Assembly: GCA_011174795.1 (NCBI GenBank)
Contig: DUEY01000004.1
Location: 101-64,100, forward strand
Direction of reading: 5' to 3'
Source: Dehalococcoidia bacterium
GTDB lineage: Bacteria; Chloroflexota; Dehalococcoidia; SZUA-161
DNA length: 64,000 bases
Below, in pieces: positions 18,051 through 26,905 of the stretch (position 1 is its first letter; every line of letters starts with the position of its first letter). The notes beneath the pieces are model-generated. The model did no database searches, was not told the DNA's origin, and saw only the letters and a program-made list of their open reading frames with translations. The translations under genes and the position numbers were made by a program.

Positions 18051-18213
18051 GGTACCGTTTGGTTTTAGTTGGTGTATATAGTTGAATTTAGGCAATTATT
18101 TTCCGTTCGCCCTGAGCCTGTCGAAGGGCGTTCATGGTTCGACAAGCTCACCACGAACGTTTTTAGAACACGGTACTTTGAGAATCATACTAACAATGAC
18201 CGAACGGTATACC
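18051..18213 (+). mobile_element. MITE-like element, copy B (~160 bp, terminal inverted repeats, palindromic core)
   Basis: The ends are ggtaccgtttgg...ccgaacggtatacc. The internal core is ccgttcgccctgagcctgtcgaagggcgttcatggttcgacaagctcaccacgaacg. It is near-identical to the copies at 24060 and 40645. Confidence 0.7.
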
Positions 18214-18310
18214 ACAGGATACATACTTGAGTCGGTCTACGGCGAAAGGTATACTACTGTGTACACGCAGAGCGAGCTCTATTCACAGTGCTGTTTCGGA
18301 GGTTGGTACT

Positions 18311-18715
18311 ATGCCAGTACAGTTTCCGTTAAAACCGAAAGGATTCAGCCCCTTCCTTGAAATGGTGGGTGTGACCTTTACAAAAGTCGGGGATGGACAA
18401 AGCAGGGCTGTCCTGAAAGTCACCGAGAAGCTGTTGAATTCCACCAGGATTGTGCACGGCGGAGCCACCTTCACGCTGGCTGATTGCGGTATGGGCGGGG
18501 CGCTCTTCTCGTGCCTGGAAGAGGGCGAGAGGGTGCGAACCGTGGAGACCAAGATCGCTTATTTCAAGGGGGTTAAATCAGGAACCCTTACCTGCGATTC
18601 CAGGGTGATTCACAGGAGCAGGAGCATTGCCGTGCTGGAATCGGAGATAAAGCAGAGGGGTCAGCTGGTCGCCAAGGCCCTGGGGACCTTTTCCATCTTC
18701 AAAGGAAAGGAATAA
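18311..18715 (+). CDS. PaaI-family hotdog-fold thioesterase
   Basis: ATG at 18311 preceded by GGAGG. Motifs NSTRIVHGGATFTLADCGMG and KALGTFSI. Confidence 0.8.
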   Translation: MPVQFPLKPKGFSPFLEMVGVTFTKVGDGQSRAVLKVTEKLLNSTRIVHGGATFTLADCGMGGALFSCLEEGERVRTVETKIAYFKGVKSGTLTCDSRVIHRSRSIAVLESEIKQRGQLVAKALGTFSIFKGKE

Positions 18716-18789
18716 TAACTACCCGGCACCGGACTCAGGGATAGCTTCCGACTCAAGTATCTATTGCAGGAAAATGCAATTCGCGCCTC

Positions 18790-19497
18790 TCAGCGCCGGG
18801 CATTTTCTCCGAGGCAATCGCTGGACGGAGTGAATGGGGTTTCTCTCCAGTACTTCCACCGCAAAATTCTTATATATTTTGCTCTGGCATAGAGCAGGGG
18901 ATTGAACACGGAGAGCCCTTTTTGCGCCACAGTATTCGAGCTATCTACGTTATAGCGCAATACGGATACACCCTTGTCCCTGACAAGCTGCAGCCTTTTA
19001 AACGAGCCGTATACCAGGAGCCCTTTTCCCCGGTACTTTGTCATCGTCATACCTCTGCCTGTGTATGCTTCGCCCCTCGAGAAGTTCACCCTTTGCCGGA
19101 GAGGGCTGATGGCTTCCTTGGCCTCTTCGTTCAGTGCTACCCACGCGATATGGGCGATTTCGCCGTTAACGAAAATGCAGGTGGCTATTGCTCCCCTGTC
19201 CAGCCTCTCCCTGGCTTTGCCAAAACGCTGGCGGAAATAGTAACCGGTAGCCGCTGCCAATTCATCGGCTTCGGCATTGCTGCAGATTGTCCTGAACGTG
19301 AAATTCTGTATACGGGGCAGGAAGTCGGCCTCGTTTAATTCACTGGTTTGGATTTCATAGAGATAGTAGCTGCCGTATCGGAAGAAAGGAACCTGCAGCA
19401 GGGCGTACTGAAAGCCACGCTGGAGCAGCGTTACGAAACCCTCCGCTCGCAGGATATCCCTGGCGCTCGCTGCCAGTTGGCTCAACCTGCCTGTCAT
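18790..19497 (-). CDS. GNAT-like acetyltransferase (divergent)
   Basis: An acetyl-CoA P-loop-like motif YRGKGL follows a beta-strand region (IAHIAWVAL). There is no stronger match by eye. Confidence 0.5.
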   Translation of the reverse strand: MTGRLSQLAASARDILRAEGFVTLLQRGFQYALLQVPFFRYGSYYLYEIQTSELNEADFLPRIQNFTFRTICSNAEADELAAATGYYFRQRFGKARERLDRGAIATCIFVNGEIAHIAWVALNEEAKEAISPLRQRVNFSRGEAYTGRGMTMTKYRGKGLLVYGSFKRLQLVRDKGVSVLRYNVDSSNTVAQKGLSVFNPLLYARAKYIRILRWKYWRETPFTPSSDCLGENARR

Positions 19498-19735
19498 ATT
19501 GTAGCGGCCTCGTGGATATTGAGAGGTTACCGTGCGATTGGTGATATGATATCACACAACGATAACAACATTACATGATAGGATGGTGTTTGGTGATGCA
19601 GAGTTAAACTCGGGATACAGGTTTCAGGGACGTCCGTGCAGAGCGTAACTACTAAATGAGGGTTCAGCTTGAAGTTGGGGGGAGGATGCCTGCGGTACTT
19701 CGGTACTCAGGGCGAAGCGGGTCTCCGGTCGAGCC

Positions 19736-20233
19736 TCACGCTTCCTCTTCGAGCAGTATCTCAGCAACGATACGGGATGCAGTCTCGACAGGGGCGCGGC
19801 ATTTGGCTATGCCCCCGATTTCGACGAATTCCATCTGTTGTGCCGGGTCCGAGAGGTCGTAGGTCCTGCCGAATATTTTCTTATGGATATGCCTGCATAC
19901 CAGGCTGCCGAACTCCTTCTCGAAGGCATCGCAGAATTTCGTGGCTCGCTCCATCGAGCCGGGGAGGTTGTCCAGAAACGCCGCCCCCTCGCTTCCCGTC
20001 AATATGCCCAGTGCCAGTAAGGCACCTGTTACGGCACCGCAGGTTTCGCCCCTCAGGGCAATGCCGGACATGGCGGTGAGTGCGTGCTGCGGTATGGCGC
20101 GAACTGCCGGGAAATCTTCCTGAAGCGCATAGATAGGGCTCTGGGCGCAGTTGCCGCTGACGGACTCCAGATACTCCCCACCCCTTTTCTGCACCCGCTT
20201 CAGGATTTCCTCCCTCGACGTGTGACCTGTCAA
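19736..20233 (-). CDS. C_GCAxxG_C_C family protein
   Basis: NCAQSPIYAL ... ETCGAVTGALLALG ... LVCRHI ... AKCRAP. TTG start with a GAAGGAG RBS, 20 nt downstream of the thiolase copy 2 stop. Confidence 0.75.
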   Translation of the reverse strand: MTGHTSREEILKRVQKRGGEYLESVSGNCAQSPIYALQEDFPAVRAIPQHALTAMSGIALRGETCGAVTGALLALGILTGSEGAAFLDNLPGSMERATKFCDAFEKEFGSLVCRHIHKKIFGRTYDLSDPAQQMEFVEIGGIAKCRAPVETASRIVAEILLEEEA

Positions 20234-20252
20234 AGGTCCGCTCCTTCGCCTG

Positions 20253-21458
20253 TCAAAGCCCGACGATGATGACGCTGACTATAGCCCGGTAAGGGATGCC
20301 GCCCAGGTTGTGGGTGAGGCCGTATTTGGGGTCCTTTATCTGCCGCTTATCGGCCCTGCCCTGGAGCTGAAGGTACATCTCGTAGACCATCCGTATCCCG
20401 GAGGCGCCGACAGGATGCCCGAAGCACTTCAATCCCCCGTCCGGTTGAATCGGCTGCGCTCCGTCCAGGTTGAATCGGCCGCCCATGATATCGTCCTTCA
20501 CCTTGCCCCTCGGGCTGAACTGCAGGTCCTCCATGGTCACCGCCTCGGTGATGGAGAAGCAGTCGTGAACCTCGGCCATGCTTATCTCATCGCGCGGGTT
20601 CTTTATACCTGCCTCTTCGTATGCCCTTGCACCGGCGCGGGTGGTGCACTCAACGTGCGTGTAGTCAAAGTCGTTGAACATCTCCTCCTCGCCCGAGGTC
20701 GCGGCGATTTGCAAAGCTTTGACGTATACGGGGTCGGGCCTGAAGTCCTTCGCCATGTCGGCGCGGCAGAGGATAGCCGCTGCCGCCCCGTCGCTTACAC
20801 CGCAGCAGTCGAACAGTCCTAGGGGCCAGGCGACGATGGGGGCGTTCATTATCTGTTCGACCGTAACCTCGCGGCGGAGGTGGGCCTTGGGGTTGAGGGC
20901 GCCGTTGTGGTGGCTCTTGGCGGAGACCGTGGCCAGCATCCTCTTGCCCTCCTCGGGGCCGATGCCGTAGCGGTTGAAGTACCTCGTAGCGAGCATGGCG
21001 TACATCCCCGGCGCGGTCTGATTGGCGGCGATAATCCTGTGCTTGGTGCCGATAACCGCCCAGTGGGAGAACTCGGGAAGACCGCCGTAGCCGGTGTCCT
21101 TGAGCTTCTCAATGCCGAGCGCCATGGCGATATCGCATGCTCCCGATGCTATGGCGTAGCATGCGCCCCTTATCGCCTCCGAGCCGCTGGCGCACATGTT
21201 CTCGACCTTTGTCACGGGTATGAACGGCAGCTTCAGTGCTTGAGATAAAGGCAGGGCGCTGTCCCCGATGTTGACCGAGGTAAACTCGGGGCCTCCCTGC
21301 CAGGCTGCCTGTATATCCTTCTTCTCTATCCCCGCATCCTCAATGGCTTCCTTGAAAGCATCTATCATCAGGTCCTCGGGGCTCTGGTTCCAGAGCTCCC
21401 CGAACCGGGTGCATCCCATTCCGATGATGGCTACCTTGTCCTTTATTCCCTCTGGCAC
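20253..21458 (-). CDS. SCP-x / archaeal / PhlC-type thiolase-like protein (copy 2)
   Basis: DKVAIIGMGCTRFGE, VENMCASGS, EVHDCFSITE, GHPVGASGIRM. GTG start with an AAGGAGG RBS. It is a clear paralogue of 15219..16397. Confidence 0.85.
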   Translation of the reverse strand: MPEGIKDKVAIIGMGCTRFGELWNQSPEDLMIDAFKEAIEDAGIEKKDIQAAWQGGPEFTSVNIGDSALPLSQALKLPFIPVTKVENMCASGSEAIRGACYAIASGACDIAMALGIEKLKDTGYGGLPEFSHWAVIGTKHRIIAANQTAPGMYAMLATRYFNRYGIGPEEGKRMLATVSAKSHHNGALNPKAHLRREVTVEQIMNAPIVAWPLGLFDCCGVSDGAAAAILCRADMAKDFRPDPVYVKALQIAATSGEEEMFNDFDYTHVECTTRAGARAYEEAGIKNPRDEISMAEVHDCFSITEAVTMEDLQFSPRGKVKDDIMGGRFNLDGAQPIQPDGGLKCFGHPVGASGIRMVYEMYLQLQGRADKRQIKDPKYGLTHNLGGIPYRAIVSVIIVGL

Positions 21459-21510
21459 TTTCGCCTCCTTCTATGCCTGAATCTGAGTCTCTCCCTAATC
21501 TGAGGCTGAA

Positions 21511-22953
21511 TCACGCCCTCGGCGGCATCGCTTTCCAGAAGTAACCGTGAATGCCGCGCACCTGGTCGGCGTACTTTTTCCTGAAGCTCATCTCCACCGG
21601 CATATCGACGCTGAGCGATTCCATGTCACAATCGGTGAGGTTGAAGGCGAACCTCCCGCCTTCTTCGAAGCTTATGATACCGTACATCTCCGGCGGACTG
21701 GCGCTGAATGCGAGGCTGTCGCTCGTGTAGCTGAACAGCCTTCCCTTCTTGTCGGAGAAGCGGTACTCTTCCATCTCGTCGATGGCGCCACAGGCGGGAT
21801 TCACGCATACCCGCTGGTAGGGGTACTGCGGTGTGCCGCAGCGTTTGCACTTCGTCCCGACAAGGCCGAGGATGGTCTTTCGCTCCCGCCACATCACCGA
21901 TACCATGGACGGGCCGACCTCTCCACGGAACCCCATCTCCAGGGGGATTACATCGCGGAATGAAGAGTATCTCTCGTAGCTGGTCAGCTCTTTCCTGGAT
22001 TCCAGATGCTTTTTAATCCCCCTTCTGCCCTTAATCTTCTTTATTTTATCGGTTACCTCGAAGAACATGGCATCGCTGCCATTGCCGTAGCTGGCGACGA
22101 GTATCCTGTCCCCCGGCTTGGCTTCTTCGAGTGCAGCGACCAGCATCATCAGGGAGTGAGCGGTGCCGGTATCGCCTATGGTGGTGAGAATCTCCTGCTG
22201 AACCTGCTCGGGTTCGAGTTGCAGCCGCTTCGCGATCGCACCGTGCTCCCTGAGGTAAACGCAGGGAAAGATGATTTTAGCGAAGTCCTTGGTCTCCAGT
22301 GAGTATTTCTTTAACAGTCCGGCGATAGCCTCGGGGATGAACTTGGTATAAGCTTCGTCGCGAATCCACCTGTCCTCCCAGATGCGGTTGTACTTGTCGC
22401 CGTCGGCTCGCCACTGGTCCATAAAATCATAGGAAAGGGAGTATGAGCCCTTGAGGTCGGCGATAACGTCCTTATTCCCTATCATGAGGGCGGCAGCGCC
22501 CTCCCCGAACATCACCTCCTGAAAGCTGCCGGCTTTCCCCGGGCGGCAGTCGGAGGCGCAGACCATGATGTTCTCGCCTGTTCCCGCTTCTATGGCGTCG
22601 CAGGCGGAGAGCAGTGCGCCTGTGCCTGCTTTTATGGAATCGCTGAAGTCACAGGTTCGAATAGCGGGCTGCAGGTCGAGCGCGGTGGCGATTATCCCTG
22701 CATTCTGCCGCTCACGGTAGGGTGGGGTTGTGGTGGCGAGGTAGATGCCGTCCACCTTGTCCCGTTCGAGCCCGTTCAGGCAATCTGTAGCGGCAGCTAC
22801 TGCCATGGTGAGGCTGTCCTCGTCGTAGTTGGCTACAGCCTTCTCTCCGGGTGCGGAAGCTGCCGAAGTGGACCATCCCGTAGCGGCGGAGATGGTCTTG
22901 CGGCTTATCCTCTGTAGCGGGATGTAAGCACCGTAGGATGTAATCCCTGCCAT
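21511..22953 (-). CDS. HMG-CoA-synthase-like domain fused to DUF35 zinc-ribbon/OB-fold (copy 2)
   Basis: MAGITSYGAYIPLQRI. The Zn ribbon is CKRCGTPQYPYQRVCVNPAC. An AAGGAGG RBS is present. It is a paralogue of 16512..17936. Confidence 0.8.
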   Translation of the reverse strand: MAGITSYGAYIPLQRISRKTISAATGWSTSAASAPGEKAVANYDEDSLTMAVAAATDCLNGLERDKVDGIYLATTTPPYRERQNAGIIATALDLQPAIRTCDFSDSIKAGTGALLSACDAIEAGTGENIMVCASDCRPGKAGSFQEVMFGEGAAALMIGNKDVIADLKGSYSLSYDFMDQWRADGDKYNRIWEDRWIRDEAYTKFIPEAIAGLLKKYSLETKDFAKIIFPCVYLREHGAIAKRLQLEPEQVQQEILTTIGDTGTAHSLMMLVAALEEAKPGDRILVASYGNGSDAMFFEVTDKIKKIKGRRGIKKHLESRKELTSYERYSSFRDVIPLEMGFRGEVGPSMVSVMWRERKTILGLVGTKCKRCGTPQYPYQRVCVNPACGAIDEMEEYRFSDKKGRLFSYTSDSLAFSASPPEMYGIISFEEGGRFAFNLTDCDMESLSVDMPVEMSFRKKYADQVRGIHGYFWKAMPPRA

Positions 22954-23070
22954 TTGGCCTCCTTTCGTCGCCCGAAAATTATAACACCCAGCCTAGTTAC
23001 CCGCAATCATCGCCCGCGTGATTGGCGGGAGGCTCGGCAATCTCAAGGGGTGGTGGATATTGACGGGGGG

Positions 23071-23180
23071 ATTGCCTCGCAATGATGGAAATTGGGTTCT
23101 CCCTCCCCTGGTGGGAGGGAGTTAGAGGGAGGGGGAATGACTTCACCCTCACCCCAACCCTCTCCCCTCAAGGGAGAGGG
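23071..23180. repeat. GC-rich composite of short hairpins (intergenic repeat type)
   Basis: Three hairpins: attgc-ctc-gcaat (23071-23083); tccctccc-ctggt-gggaggga (23100-23120); ccctctccc-ctcaa-gggagaggg (23158-23180). Only a related attgc...gcaat fragment is seen elsewhere, at 62222-62243. Confidence 0.45.
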
Positions 23181-23215
23181 AGCTTGGCAAAGGTATATCG
23201 ATGCGTAAAGAAGCT

Positions 23216-23995
23216 TCAGCCGGAGATGAACTCTTCGATGGCGGAGAAGTACTGCTTCAAGCCTACCATAAGAATGGTGTTGTGGCCGGCACCGGGGATG
23301 GTGAGCAGCTTCTTGTCTTTCGAGCCGATGTTCTCGTGAAGCACCAGAGCTTGCTCATAGGGGATTACTTCATCGTACTCCCCGTGTATTATCAGGGCGG
23401 GTAGGGTGATGGAGCGAATGTTATCCATAGTCAGCTTCTCGAACTCCTCCACCAGGGGCGACTGGAAGACGGGTATCAGGAAGCCCAGTAGACGCCCCGC
23501 GCTGGCGAAGCCGCTCTCTATAATCAGTCCCTTCAATTCCTGTTGATAGGTCGATGCCAGCTCCAGAGCGGACAGGCTGCCCAGAGACCGGCCCATGATG
23601 AACAGGGGACCATTGTAGCCGCTGTCGCGAAGGGTATCGCGAAAGTACTTGAAAATAACATGAGCATCGGCAACCGTACTGGCGAAGGACGGCGTGCCCG
23701 TGCTCTGACCGTAGCCGCGGTAGTCAGCCACGAAGAGATTAGCGCCTATCCCGTTATAAAGGGTGGCGATATCGTCGTAGTCGTAGACCACCTCGCCGTT
23801 GCCGTGGAAGTAGAGGATGGAGGGTGCGCTTTCGCTTGCGTGGTAGAAACGGCAGGATATGGATACGCCTTCTTCGATGGGTACCGAGTGGTCGGTGGCG
23901 CCGGGCGGTGGGGGCGTCCAGTCCTGCCTGGGGTAGAAGACGAACATGAGAATATGCGGCTGGTCTAGCTTAGAGTAATCGATCCTGTTTGACAT
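23216..23995 (-). CDS. Alpha/beta-fold hydrolase
   Basis: Nucleophile elbow GRSLGS, oxyanion-region HGNGE, and a C-terminal GAGHN. Confidence 0.75.
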   Translation of the reverse strand: MSNRIDYSKLDQPHILMFVFYPRQDWTPPPPGATDHSVPIEEGVSISCRFYHASESAPSILYFHGNGEVVYDYDDIATLYNGIGANLFVADYRGYGQSTGTPSFASTVADAHVIFKYFRDTLRDSGYNGPLFIMGRSLGSLSALELASTYQQELKGLIIESGFASAGRLLGFLIPVFQSPLVEEFEKLTMDNIRSITLPALIIHGEYDEVIPYEQALVLHENIGSKDKKLLTIPGAGHNTILMVGLKQYFSAIEEFISG

Positions 23996-24059
23996 GACAG
24001 CGAGCCTATTGTAGCACCTGGTTCAATCTTGTTCAATTTACCGAAGCTATGCTGGCATC

Positions 24060-24218
24060 GGTACCGTTCGGTTTTAGTTGATATATATGTAGTTGAGTTT
24101 AGGCAATTATTTTCCGTTCGCCCTGAGCCTGTCGAAGGGCGTTCATGGTTCGACAAGCTCACCACGAACGGTTTTAGAACACGATACTTTAAGAATCATA
24201 CCAACCATGACCAAATGG
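24060..24218 (+). mobile_element. MITE-like element, copy C, flanked by a 12-bp direct repeat
   Basis: It runs ggtaccgttcgg...gaccaaatgg with the same core as copies B and D. TATGCTGGCATC is present at 24048-24059 and 24219-24230. Confidence 0.75.
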
Positions 24219-24290
24219 TATGCTGGCATCAGGGGTATTGACAGAAGGTGAGCAGCGGTTCTAGCATGGTCAGTACCAGGAGGAGCGGTG

Positions 24291-25085
24291 ATGGTTGAGG
24301 GTGAGGTTCTACATGTTGCTCTATATCCACCGGATACGGTTGATACAGAACAGGTGAAGAAGGTGGCGGAGGTTGTCCACAAGGAACCCTACGACACGCG
24401 CCTGCTCATGGTCGGGGAGATGCCGAGGCTCATTGCCCACTGCCACGACATGCCGATGGCTGAATCCCTGGCCCGGAGCCTGGGAGAGCTGGGCCTAGTC
24501 GCATTCATCTGCCGTGATTCAGAGCTTCGCAGGCATTCACAGCGGTTTATGGCAAGGACCATGGAGTTCGCGGAGGGAGAGGTTGTATTCCGGGACAGGG
24601 GTGGACAGGTGGAACGAGTGGGGTCGGGGGATGCCTTCCTGATTGTGAAGGGGAAGACGGAGACGCAAACGGAGGCAGAGTCGACGGATATGAAGATGAA
24701 GGTGAATTGGCGTGCAACCCTGCTGACAGGCGGTATCCCCATCATGCGCTCGGTCAGGGAGAAAACCGGTGAGGAGTCAATTGAAACCGAGCTCTTCGCC
24801 AGGGTCTACAACCGGAAATCGTCTGAGCGCTGCATTGAGGTCATACAGCATCAGGTCGACTACTCGTTTCTCGGCGCGGATATGGCTCTCTCCACGCTGG
24901 CGAACTTCAACACCTTCGTGTCAAAGCTCCAGGAGACGTTCCCGCAGGCAGCTTTCAATGACAGGCTGATGAAGCCTTTCAAGGCGGATATCCCCTCCTC
25001 CGGTGGCCAGGAGAGCATTGAGATAAACTGCAATATGCTCTACCTGTACCACATGGCTGTGAGCGGCGCTGGCCCGCCGGGGTAG
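24291..25085 (+). CDS. Hypothetical protein
   Basis: An ORF with a GGAGGAG RBS 5-6 nt upstream of the ATG at 24291. No family is recognised. Confidence 0.5.
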   Translation: MVEGEVLHVALYPPDTVDTEQVKKVAEVVHKEPYDTRLLMVGEMPRLIAHCHDMPMAESLARSLGELGLVAFICRDSELRRHSQRFMARTMEFAEGEVVFRDRGGQVERVGSGDAFLIVKGKTETQTEAESTDMKMKVNWRATLLTGGIPIMRSVREKTGEESIETELFARVYNRKSSERCIEVIQHQVDYSFLGADMALSTLANFNTFVSKLQETFPQAAFNDRLMKPFKADIPSSGGQESIEINCNMLYLYHMAVSGAGPPG

Positions 25086-25290
25086 GCTGATATCATCATT
25101 GAGAGCCAAGCGAAGCAATCGACTTGTTCCCCCCGGGACGACCCAGAGGGTCACTCATACCCCCGTCTCAACCCCGACCTGGATTTGACGCCATTAGCCC
25201 CGCCTGCTTATAATTGGTGTTTAGTGTGGGTTCGAACCCCACTGCATAGACTGTAGAAAATATAAATCAGACTGAGGAGGAAGAAAGCGT

Positions 25291-26064
25291 ATGACAACCG
25301 AGGAACAGGAACTGATTGTCGAGAAGAAGGAAGACGGAAAGATATGGATTGTTACCCTCAACCGACCTGACAAGAGGAACGCTCTTACGCTGGATATGAT
25401 GTATGACCTTGAGGATACCTGGAAGGAATACCAGAATGATGAGAATTCCCGCGTGGCCATCGTAACCGGCGCCGGGGACAAGGCGTTCTGCGCCGGAGCC
25501 GACCTGCTGACGCCGCCGAAAAAGGAGCGGCCGGGCCCCTTCCGGATTCCCGCCTTCGGGCCGGAGGACGTCTGGAAGCCGGTTATTGCCGCCATCAACG
25601 GGCATTGCATCGCCGGCGGCGCCTTGATTGCGCATGACTGCGATATCCGCATCGCTGCCGAGCACGCCGAGTTCGGTGTAGCCGAGGCCATGAGGAATAT
25701 GCCGGCGAGCTGGGTGCGCGACCTCACCCTGCATATGCACATAGGTCACTGTATGGAGCTCGTTCTCTGGGGCGACCAGCGGGTCAGCGCCCAGCGTGCC
25801 TATGAGATAGGGTTCTACAACAGGGTCGTGCCTGCGGAGAAGCTTATGGATGAGGCTATGGAGTGGGCAGACCGTATGTTGTACCTGGCGCCACGCGCGG
25901 TGTGGAACTTCAAGGAGATAATCAAGCGCGGTGCCTTCATGGAGCCCAAGCTGGCCCGGATATTCGGCCAGGCGCTGGAGCAGAACCTCAGGGGCATGGA
26001 GGACAGCGCTGAGGCGGGGGCAGCCTTCCGGGAGAAGAGGAAACCCGTTTTCAAGAACAAGTAG
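25291..26064 (+). CDS. Enoyl-CoA hydratase/isomerase (crotonase) family
   Basis: LNRPDKRNAL, FCAGADL, AAINGHCIAGG, and a C-terminal FREKRKPVF. Confidence 0.85.
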   Translation: MTTEEQELIVEKKEDGKIWIVTLNRPDKRNALTLDMMYDLEDTWKEYQNDENSRVAIVTGAGDKAFCAGADLLTPPKKERPGPFRIPAFGPEDVWKPVIAAINGHCIAGGALIAHDCDIRIAAEHAEFGVAEAMRNMPASWVRDLTLHMHIGHCMELVLWGDQRVSAQRAYEIGFYNRVVPAEKLMDEAMEWADRMLYLAPRAVWNFKEIIKRGAFMEPKLARIFGQALEQNLRGMEDSAEAGAAFREKRKPVFKNK

Positions 26065-26887
26065 CTGAGTTCTGACAACGGGGGCAGAAATAGGTGCCCC
26101 GGTTGCGGACAGGAATGCGTTCGATAGGGGCGGAGCAGACCTTGCAGGCCTGCCCGCCCCTGTGTGCTACAGAGAAGGCGTCCTGCTGGCTTCCTTCTTC
26201 GCCGCCGGGACGGCGGTAATCGCTGAATGTAGCCCCGGCGTTGCCAATGGCCTGAACGAGCACTTTGCGCATGGCTTCATGCAGCTTTTTTATCTCCGCG
26301 AGGGTGAGGCTGTTAGCCGGCCTGAGGGGATGGATACCGGCAGCGAACAGCGCTTCGTCGGCGTACATGTTGCCGATGCCGGCGATGAGCTTCTGCTCGC
26401 AGAGCGCTGCTTTGATGGGGGCTTTTCGCCTGCTTAGCCTCTCTTTGAAGACCTCGGATGTGAAGCGGGGGTCGAGTGGCTCGGGGCCGAGCTTGCACTC
26501 CAGTTCGCATTCATCCTTCACCAGCGACGCGGTGCCCAGCTTGCGCCGGTCGCTGAAAACGAGCTCGGTGCCGTTGTCCAGCTCGAAAATCGCCGTTGCG
26601 TAGCGGTCTGTCTCCGGGGATGCGGCGTTCCTGTCCCTGAGCAGCAGCGAGCCGGTCATCCTCATGTGCAGCACCAGCGACTCGCCGCCCTTGAGGCGGA
26701 AGATGAGGTGCTTGCCCCTTCTTGCTATCTCATCGATGCGTTTGGCGGGAAGCTGCCGGCAAAGCTCCTCGGCAGAGGGCTGGAGCACCATCCTTGGCCA
26801 GAAGAAGGTAACGCCGGTAAAACGACGACCTTCCACCATGGGGCGAAGGTCGTTCTTGATGGTCTCGACTTCAGGCAACTCGGGCAT
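26051..26887 (-). CDS. mutM: Formamidopyrimidine-DNA glycosylase
   Basis: N-terminus MPELPEVETI. The C-terminal zinc finger is CKVCSAPIERIPVRNRGTYFCPRCQ. Confidence 0.9.
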   Translation of the reverse strand: MPELPEVETIKNDLRPMVEGRRFTGVTFFWPRMVLQPSAEELCRQLPAKRIDEIARRGKHLIFRLKGGESLVLHMRMTGSLLLRDRNAASPETDRYATAIFELDNGTELVFSDRRKLGTASLVKDECELECKLGPEPLDPRFTSEVFKERLSRRKAPIKAALCEQKLIAGIGNMYADEALFAAGIHPLRPANSLTLAEIKKLHEAMRKVLVQAIGNAGATFSDYRRPGGEEGSQQDAFSVAHRGGQACKVCSAPIERIPVRNRGTYFCPRCQNSATCS

Positions 26888-26905
26888 TTCGTTAAATTTT
26901 CCTGA

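Noticed and set aside
25226-25249. tRNA T-arm-like hairpin (gtggg-ttcgaac-cccac) suggesting a tRNA gene or tRNA-derived attachment site
   Set aside because: No acceptor-stem partner for the following tgcatag could be found upstream. No anticodon or D arm could be found either, and no second copy is visible in the window. The hairpin is probably fortuitous or at most a decayed fragment.
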